The notes beneath the pieces are model-generated. The model was not told the origin of the DNA. It made no database searches and was given only the letters and a program-made list of their open reading frames with translations. Positions 57,389 to 64,000 of a stretch of 64,000 nucleotides of DNA are shown piece after piece; position 1 is the first letter of the stretch; every line of letters begins with the position of its first letter. The translations under genes and the position numbers were made by a program. This DNA comes from Candidatus Improbicoccus devescovinae (GTDB lineage Bacteria > Bacillota > Clostridia > Oscillospirales > Acutalibacteraceae). The stretch is from the NCBI GenBank assembly GCA_036245095.1, contig BSWA01000002.1, positions 2,691 through 66,690 on the forward strand, in the 5' to 3' direction.

Positions 57389-58291
57389 TAGACCTCCTCG
57401 GAAATTAATTTTCAAAATTAATTAATCCGCACAACAAAGACATTCTTAATTTAAACCGAGTACGTCGATTACGGTATTTGTTTGCTACTATTTTAAAAAC
57501 TTTAATTTTTGCATTTATGTTTTCAATTATGATTCGTTCTTTTGAAATACGCCGATTTTCAGATTTTTCTTCGGCAGTGAGTGTGCCTTTTCTTGGTTTT
57601 TTCTTTGGAGTTTCGCTGTTTTTGTGTAATCTCAAAATTCCCTGATAACCGCTGTCTCCTTGGACTTTTTTATCATTTGAAATCGCATATCCTATACTTT
57701 CCTCATAAAGTTTAAAGTCGTGAGTTTTTCCTTCAGCATGGGCAATACAGATAATATCTTTTGTTTGTCGATTTACAATTAGTTGCGTGTTTATGGTATG
57801 CCTTTTTTTCTTTCCTGAATACCACTGACGCTGTTTTTTTTAGGGCGTTCGACCGGACTTTCCATAACATCAACAACCACAATTTCTATCTCGTTATTTT
57901 CAAGTAATGCTTTTTTGCCGGGTAAACTGAATTTTCTGCTTTTAATCAGTGTATCTTCGACCCAAACGATTGTGTCGTGCGTTGTTGCTTCGCCAACCTC
58001 AAACTCAAATGCCAATTCTTTTTGTGTCACATACTGTCGCCAGTACTTCAAAGCCATAAATAATTGATCTTGAAGTGTTAATTTTGTGTGCCTGCCTCGA
58101 CGTTTGTGCTTTTCAGCGTAAGCTATTTGAAGCTGAGCAATCATCGCACTGTAAGTTTCTTTTTTTACACCTATTAATTGCTTAAAATCTGCATCTTGTA
58201 ATCTCATAGCTTTTTCATATCTTGTCAATTTTCATCACCGATATTATTAAATCATATTTAGACATAAAAATCCAATTTCCGAAGAGGTCTA
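57389..58291 (-). mobile_element. IS-A copy 3 (903 bp), the only apparently intact copy
   Basis: Both terminal repeats, orfA 57791-58228, A8 slip site, and an orfB frame open to 57405 (..GDSGYQGILRLHKNSETPKKKPRKGTLTAEEK..LLCGLINFEN). Confidence 0.85.
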
Positions 58292-58512
58292 ATCTATTCT
58301 TTATTTTGTGAAGTTAAAATTTTAATAACAAAATATTTATTTGTTAATGCTAACGTTAGTTGTTCATTTATAATCACGTGTTTACATTTTTAATTATAAT
58401 ACTAAGATTATAAAAATGCAAGTATATAAAATAAAAAAATTTAATAACATATTTCAAAAAATATATCAGGTTAAATGTTATAAATAAGTTAAATTTTTAA
58501 AAAACCTTGTTG

Positions 58513-58531
58513 TTTTTTTTTTTTTTTTTGT
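58513..58531. repeat. T19 homopolymer in the promoter region of the 697-aa / phosphatase gene pair
   Basis: 19 consecutive T counted from the listing, 72 nt upstream of ATG 58604, between TTGTTG and TATTAT hexamers. Confidence 0.9.
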
Positions 58532-58603
58532 TTATTATTAATAAAAAATATTTAATTTTAAATATTTTAAGGTTTAATATATACAAAAAAGAGGTGGACT
58601 GTT

Positions 58604-60697
58604 ATGCCTGCAAAGGAAGAAATTAAGGAACAACTTAAAAATAAAGCTTTTATAATTAGGGTTAAATATTGCTGGCTTGCTAGTAAGTGGTTTATTAAGT
58701 TTAGAATGAAGAATGGAGATAATTGTAAATTAAAATCAACAGGGATTTATGATGCTAGTACTGGTAGGTTGGATTTAGATAAACTTAAAATACAAGTAAC
58801 TGAAGAATATGTTACAGATAAAAAGAAAAAATCAAAGATTAACACTACGTTTTTTGCAAACAGTTTAACATTTTATATAGTAAATAAAAGTAAACCTAAA
58901 TTATTAACCAAAGAAACTGATATTACAGAATATGTAAATGGAGACAACGTCAAGGGATATATTTTGTTATTAGAAGCGGAAAGAGCTATCCGTTTAAAGA
59001 ACGGAACTTGTAGAATTCAAGCATTGGATGAATCTGATAAATTTATATATTTATCACATAGCATTTATTTAGAGAAAAGTGAATTTAACAGATGTATACC
59101 ATATTCAAAAAAATACAATACTTTTTTAAACAGAGCTTTGAAATTAGTTAATAAACAATTGCGTAAATATTTTAATATATATTGTGATCATCATAAAGTA
59201 GAAGAAATATTTAAAATAAGTATATCAGAGATGGTATGCAAGGAAATAGTAATTAGCCAGTTGGAATTGTGTAGAATTAATGAAAAAGGGCAAATAGATA
59301 GGGTTGCTTCCGGCGCGGGCACGCAGGCACAAACCTTGGAAGTTCAACCACTAAACAAAGGTGGAAGGTTCCTATTACGAATACATCAAAAAATTCATGG
59401 TATTTTTTATAATATAAAAACAGGTCCAACATATAACCCTCAACACAACACTATTTATTTACCCAATAGACCAGGAGGAACAAAAAAAACAACAGAAGAA
59501 CATAAAAACGAACCAGATTCATCAGCTCACCAGGGAGGGACACAGGCACCCCCAAGAGGAAACCAACATGCACCAGAGGAAACATCAGGGGCATCATCGC
59601 CCATCAGCCAACCACCCGGGGGGCATCACACTGGGATAACCCCGCCTCTCCCCTCAAGTAGCCCAAGCGCTGTATCGGAGGATCCATCGCCGCCGCCTGA
59701 TCACGGTACAGATCCTGTTCGGTCTACGTCGCAAGTTCCCGCGCCGGATCCTGAGCCTGAGCCTGAGCCTGAGCCGGTTCCTGTTCCGGTGGCTCCTAAG
59801 GCCACCCATCAGGATGCAGCTCCACCTACTGTTTCGGTCCATGTTCCTCATCCTGCTGCTGCGTCTGTGACTTCTTCGTCTCATGCTCCTGCTACTGCGC
59901 CTGCGCGTGTGTCTTTTGCGGCTCCTGCTGCTGCGCCTGCGCGTGTGCCTTTTGCGGCTCCTCCTAAGGCTACTCCTCCTGCTCAGCCAGCTGCTGCGCC
60001 AGCTCATGCTGCTTCTGCGGCTGCGACTCCTGCTTCGACTCCAGCTTCTGCTCCTCCGCCGGTTCGTGCGGCATCTCCGGCGGCGACACCTGCTTCCGCT
60101 CCTACGCCTGCTTCTTCTCGTGTTTCTTTTTCTGATACTGCTTCGGCTCCTTCGCATCCAGCTGCTGCGCCGTCTCATGCTGCTCCTACGGCTGCTTCTG
60201 CTTCGTCTCCTGCTTCTGCGCCTCCGCCGGTTCGTGCGGCTTCTCCGGCGGCGACACCTGCTTCGACTCCTGCTTCTGCTCCTCCGCCGGTTCGTGCGGC
60301 ATCTGCGGCTGCGTCGCCTGCTTCTGCTCCTGATCCATCTCCTGACCCAGATGATTTTGCTATCGATTTAAGCGCTCCAGAACCATCAGAGCTTACGGTG
60401 CACTATAACGGGGAATCCATTACCGTCACAACAACAAAAAAAATTGAGGGTATTGACTTAAATGCCTTTTATAAAAAGATAAAAATTCTTGAGGATAATG
60501 GGGGATTTGTTTTTATGCAGGATAATAACATTGATAGATATATTGAATTTTATAATAAAGACTCAACAGCATTTGCCCGTTGCGTGGAATTTTACAGTAA
60601 TTCTGACCGTATTGCAGAACTTAGAAAAGTTGGCCAAGAATTAAGAGGTGTTGTAAAAGAAATAAAACGTACATCTGAAGCAGTACCAAAATCATAA
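58604..60697 (+). CDS. lineage-specific protein (697 aa): N-domain, about 280-aa Pro/Ala/Ser-rich repeat region, small C-domain
   Basis: GAGGTGG RBS. Repeats ASAPPPVRAASPAATPAS x3. The region from about 59500 to 60360 is strikingly GC-rich for this genome. No signal peptide. Confidence 0.8.
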   Translation: MPAKEEIKEQLKNKAFIIRVKYCWLASKWFIKFRMKNGDNCKLKSTGIYDASTGRLDLDKLKIQVTEEYVTDKKKKSKINTTFFANSLTFYIVNKSKPKLLTKETDITEYVNGDNVKGYILLLEAERAIRLKNGTCRIQALDESDKFIYLSHSIYLEKSEFNRCIPYSKKYNTFLNRALKLVNKQLRKYFNIYCDHHKVEEIFKISISEMVCKEIVISQLELCRINEKGQIDRVASGAGTQAQTLEVQPLNKGGRFLLRIHQKIHGIFYNIKTGPTYNPQHNTIYLPNRPGGTKKTTEEHKNEPDSSAHQGGTQAPPRGNQHAPEETSGASSPISQPPGGHHTGITPPLPSSSPSAVSEDPSPPPDHGTDPVRSTSQVPAPDPEPEPEPEPVPVPVAPKATHQDAAPPTVSVHVPHPAAASVTSSSHAPATAPARVSFAAPAAAPARVPFAAPPKATPPAQPAAAPAHAASAAATPASTPASAPPPVRAASPAATPASAPTPASSRVSFSDTASAPSHPAAAPSHAAPTAASASSPASAPPPVRAASPAATPASTPASAPPPVRAASAAASPASAPDPSPDPDDFAIDLSAPEPSELTVHYNGESITVTTTKKIEGIDLNAFYKKIKILEDNGGFVFMQDNNIDRYIEFYNKDSTAFARCVEFYSNSDRIAELRKVGQELRGVVKEIKRTSEAVPKS

Positions 60698-60710
60698 GGA
60701 GGCTTTAACT

Positions 60711-62660
60711 ATGAATAATAATAATGATTTGTTTAGATGCAAGGATGGCTTGATATATCCAATTTGTGAAACAAAAGAAGATTTAAAGAAGTTATCAAAA
60801 ATTTCCGAAATAACTATTGATTTTTCTAAAGATTTTAAAGACGAAAACGGAAGCGGGGGAAAAGCGACCGGTTTTTCACAAGAAAATTATGAAAAATTGC
60901 AAGGCTGGCAAGGATTATCATCTCTTAAAACTATGACCATAAAGAATATTGATAGTGACACATTATTAATGCATTTTAAAGCCAATACATTAACTCCTTC
61001 CAAGTTTGGGCGAAGTCTATCAAATATATTGGATCAACTTAAGCAGGCTATTTTAAAAAATAATAATACAGATATAGAAAAAAATTATAAGTCATTAGAA
61101 TCGTTTGTGCCATCCCAATGGAAGTGGATAAACCCTATTCATCTTATTATTCAAGGCAAGGGCGAGTACTATTGGATACCTGCAGAAGCTAAGATAAAAT
61201 CAAAAAATAATTCCCAAATGGAACTTTTATTTAAAGAACAAATTCCCACATATTCCGAATTAAAAATCCCTAGTCCTGATGAAGAAGAAAAGGCTAGAAT
61301 AGAAATAGAAGCAAAATATAAAAAATTCTTAAAAATTTTTAAAGACATACCTGCAGAAGGAGTTATAAGAAAAGATGTTGATTCTAACGGTGGGAAAGTC
61401 GCGGTTTTTGGCGATTTGCATGGCGATCTCATATCAACTAGAGGCATTGTAAAAGAAGCAGTAAAAATCATAATTGATGGAGGGCAAGTGGTGTTTTGTG
61501 GAGATTATATAGATAGAGGCCCAAATAATCTTGATGTATTAGAACTAGTTTTTGGGCTTAAAACAAAGTATCCAAAGTATGTGACTCTATTAAGAGGGAA
61601 CCATGAAGTTGCTGCCCAAAATAGCCGCTATGGCTTTGCAGCTCAATGTGAAAAAATCTTGGGTAAAAAATTTGGAACGTTAGTTTGGAAAGCTGCAAAC
61701 TTGATATTCGACTTAAAATTAGCTTATTGTGCTGTTATTAATAAAAAACAATTTGTAGCACATGGGGGATTACCTAATGTTGATAATGAAGCAGAATTAT
61801 TTGAAGGGACAAACAATACTGATCTCCCTAAATTATTTGGTCAAGACAATTCAGATATCTTTGATACTTACACTTCCGAAATGGTAGTGGCTGGATTATC
61901 CGATAGCAAAGAGACGGCAGATCGATTTTTAAGTCATAATAATAAACCAGATAACGTTAATATGATGTTTGATGATTTAATGTGGAGTGATCCTATGTCT
62001 CGTAGCGCCCACCGATACCAAGATAGTAATCGCCGCTGTGGTCATCTTTATGGACCAAAACAAATTAACGGATTCCTAGGCCGGCATGGCTTTACACAGA
62101 TCGTACGTGCACATCAGGTAAACGATGAAAAAAGGGCATACGTCACAGGAGTGCTTACTGTTTTTTCGTCAGCTGGATATAGTGAGCGGTATTGTGCATT
62201 GAAAGATGATAAAAAAGCTATTGCTATCCAACAAGACTTGATTAGTAACGGAAAAGGGTATATAGGCGATTTAGCAATAATTAACCCAGACACAAATGAA
62301 ATTACTCCAATGAAGTATACCACAGCGCAGATTAATGCTTTCGGGCAAAATGAAGACACCACAGAATTAAGTCAGGCAGGAATCACTACTCAAGAACCAA
62401 TACCTGAGCATAAATTTGAATTTAAAATAACTGCCGATCTAAAAACAAAATTGCTCGATTTATATAAAAAAGCGCTTGAAATCAGCAAATCAGCTTGCGT
62501 ATTACCAACGAGTATTATGACTACAGAAGAAAAAAAAAGACAGAAAAATAATAAAGAGGACTCTGAGTTAAATAAAAAAAGACCGGCAAGGGTTTTAAAT
62601 AAATATATGCATGCTGCGAAAATGTATCTTGATACTGCTGGTATACGGATACCTAAATAG
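60711..62660 (+). CDS. eukaryotic-type PPP-family Ser/Thr protein phosphatase with N- and C-terminal extensions
   Basis: GDLHGD, GDYIDRG, LLRGNHE, AHGG, LMWSDP, VRAHQV and VFSSAGYS in the canonical PPP order. AAGGAGG RBS 14 nt after the upstream stop. Confidence 0.8.
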   Translation: MNNNNDLFRCKDGLIYPICETKEDLKKLSKISEITIDFSKDFKDENGSGGKATGFSQENYEKLQGWQGLSSLKTMTIKNIDSDTLLMHFKANTLTPSKFGRSLSNILDQLKQAILKNNNTDIEKNYKSLESFVPSQWKWINPIHLIIQGKGEYYWIPAEAKIKSKNNSQMELLFKEQIPTYSELKIPSPDEEEKARIEIEAKYKKFLKIFKDIPAEGVIRKDVDSNGGKVAVFGDLHGDLISTRGIVKEAVKIIIDGGQVVFCGDYIDRGPNNLDVLELVFGLKTKYPKYVTLLRGNHEVAAQNSRYGFAAQCEKILGKKFGTLVWKAANLIFDLKLAYCAVINKKQFVAHGGLPNVDNEAELFEGTNNTDLPKLFGQDNSDIFDTYTSEMVVAGLSDSKETADRFLSHNNKPDNVNMMFDDLMWSDPMSRSAHRYQDSNRRCGHLYGPKQINGFLGRHGFTQIVRAHQVNDEKRAYVTGVLTVFSSAGYSERYCALKDDKKAIAIQQDLISNGKGYIGDLAIINPDTNEITPMKYTTAQINAFGQNEDTTELSQAGITTQEPIPEHKFEFKITADLKTKLLDLYKKALEISKSACVLPTSIMTTEEKKRQKNNKEDSELNKKRPARVLNKYMHAAKMYLDTAGIRIPK

Positions 62661-63188
62661 AGCATTGAATTTTATGTAGCATCCCAATCAAACGGGGTCA
62701 GTTCAGTTTCCCCCGATGAGGGGCCTGGGACGAAAGCATCTGGAAAACCTGGGGTAAATTTAGGGAATTCAGGAAATACCGGCAAGGAGGCAGGGCTCGC
62801 TATCTCGGTAGTTCCTAAGGCAAGAGAAGAAACTGGAACATGCCTCTGTATTCATCTAGCGGTCCAGCATTTTAATTTATAATCAGGAATCACAAAACCA
62901 TGATCCTTAAAAAAATCATAAAAGATACAGGCTTTTCGACTATATTCCATGTTTTAGGCAAGTTATCGTTTATATTGCTTTTTGAACCGCCTAAATATCC
63001 GGCAAATAATTTGGCGTTTATGAACAAAATATCGTCTAATGTTAAAAGACCAACAGACATCGCAAAGGTATATTGCTGTGATGGTGTTTTGATTGAGCTT
63101 TTAAAACCATAATCAAAATCCTGTTAAATACCAAGTTTTTATTATCTCTTGAATAGCTATTGGCTTTATATAATCTTTGGGCATCTAA

Positions 63189-63782
63189 ATATCAGAATCT
63201 TATTCATACAAAATTATTAAGTGGGTGGAGGACACACTTATAAAGAACGGAAATTTCGCACTTCCTGGTCGAAAAGCGCTACGGTCAAAAAAACAGAAAA
63301 AAGAATGAGCAAAAAATAAAAAATCGAAAAACCAAATAGAAAAAATATTATTCTGGCAAGAAAAAACGGCATACATTAAAGACTCAATTAGTTGTGAACA
63401 AAAAAGACAGAACGGTTATTTGCACTGATTTTGCAAATAGCAGAAAGCATGATTTCAGACTTTTTAAAGAATCTAAACTCAAGATAAACAGCAAAATAAA
63501 ATTACTGATTGATACTGGATTTCAAGGAATTCATAAATTTCATAAAAATTCAAAAATTCCAAAAAAGAAAACTAAAAAACATCCGCTTACAAATCCAGAA
63601 AAAGAAGAAAATCGAGAAATTTCAAGCCAAAGAATAAAAATTGAAAATGTTATTGTTTTTATTAAACGTTTTAAAGTTTTATCCGATAAATACAAAAACC
63701 GTAGAAAACGTTTTAGTCTCCGGTGTAATTTGATCTCCGGTTTGTAATTTTGATCTGATTGTTTAGTTTGGAAAGAAGTCTA
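63189..63782 (+). mobile_element. IS-C-type element, 5' truncated (right end intact)
   Basis: Homology starts inside the HTH region (..YKIIKWVEDTLIKNG). ORF 63394-63747 is the DDE C-terminus. Ends GTTTAGTTTGGAAAGAAGTCTA. Confidence 0.75.
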
Positions 63783-63783
63783 T

Positions 63784-63932
63784 TAGACCTGCTCTGAGAC
63801 TGAATTATTTTTGTAAATTTCGAGGACACAGGAGTACAGAAACGTGTAGCCATCCTGCTTGTGTGTGCGTAGTTTCAAGCATCACATTGGCGATGAAATT
63901 TGCAAAAATAATTCAGTTTCAGGATAGGTCTA
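63784..63932. mobile_element. MITE copy (149 bp)
   Basis: TAGACCTGCTCTGAGACTGAATTATTTTTGTAAATTT ... AAATTTGCAAAAATAATTCAGTTTCAGGATAGGTCTA. Confidence 0.8.
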
Positions 63933-63935
63933 ATA

Positions 63936-64000
63936 TAGAAATCGTAGAAAATGTTTTGATCTCAGGTGTAATTTGATCTCCGGGATTTGCAATTTTGATC
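63936..64000 (+). mobile_element. 3'-end fragment of another IS-C-type element, running off the window
   Basis: ..RNRRKCFDLRCNLISGICNFD coding remnant (AATCGTAGAAAATGTTTTGATCTCAGGTGTAATTTGATCTCCGGG). Confidence 0.6.

Noticed and set aside
59654-60371. Long ORFs on the minus strand (59654-60178, Arg/Ser-rich) and in a second plus frame (59883-60371, Leu/Arg-rich) overlapping the Pro/Ala repeat region
   Set aside because: They exist only because the GC-rich GCN/CCN repeats lack stop codons in every frame. Their composition is nonsensical and they have no RBS. The frame continuous with the flanking ordered domains is the real one.
62766-62800. SRP (4.5S/scRNA) domain IV-like string CAGGAAATACCGGCAAGGAGGCAGG in the GC-rich island
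   Set aside because: It resembles CAGGUCCGGAAGGAAGCAGC only superficially. The GNRA tetraloop and the helix-8 pairing cannot be formed, and the flanks lack the conserved closing helices.
62900-63112. 70-aa plus-strand ORF and an overlapping roughly 80-codon minus-strand open frame (..DFDYGFKSSIKTPSQQYTFAMSVGLL..)
   Set aside because: There is no RBS, no recognisable motif, and the two strands give conflicting frames. It may be a gene remnant but cannot be supported.
1-64000. Alternative genetic code or systematic stop-codon recoding as an explanation for the in-frame TAA/TAG cases
   Set aside because: TAA, TAG and TGA all terminate the conserved genes (topA, gatA, gatB, pyrD, mgtA, dacB) at the expected lengths. 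Downstream frames close quickly. Isolated lesions fit pseudogenisation better.

Overview
AT-rich (about 30% GC by eye) chromosomal window from a low-GC Gram-positive, probably a Clostridia-like spore former. Supporting genes are spoIVB, a sortase-type PQTG surface protein, gatCAB, topA, pyrD and mgtA. Three things dominate. (1) Heavy decay. There are three related IS5-like insertion-sequence families, called IS-A, IS-B and IS-C here, present as intact, nested, truncated and solo-end copies. There is also a 148-bp MITE in four copies, and several genes are broken by in-frame stops or frameshifts. (2) A 4,875-bp inverted repeat (10941-15815 and 52254-57128), identical wherever compared. Each arm is a prophage or island remnant carrying a large serine recombinase, a degenerate small resolvase, an antirepressor, an HTH/zinc-ribbon protein, a GH25-LysM lysin and a holin. 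Each arm starts at the nucleotide after the CCA end of a different tRNA (Arg-ACG, Leu-CAA). The arms bracket 36.4 kb of housekeeping genes. (3) A set of lineage-specific genes that look host-directed. These are a signal-peptide-bearing Ras/Rab-like GTPase ending in a CaaX-like CNVA, with a neighbouring gene ending in CGVA. There is a eukaryotic-type PPP Ser/Thr phosphatase co-oriented with a GC-rich Pro/Ala-repeat protein behind a T19 tract. There are two tandem paralogous giant proteins with Pro-rich repeats. There is an orphan contractile-injection-system tube-like protein next to a 1378-aa helical giant. No CRISPR array, rRNA or recognisable defence system was seen. All calls rest on reading the sequence and the ORF translations, with no database search.
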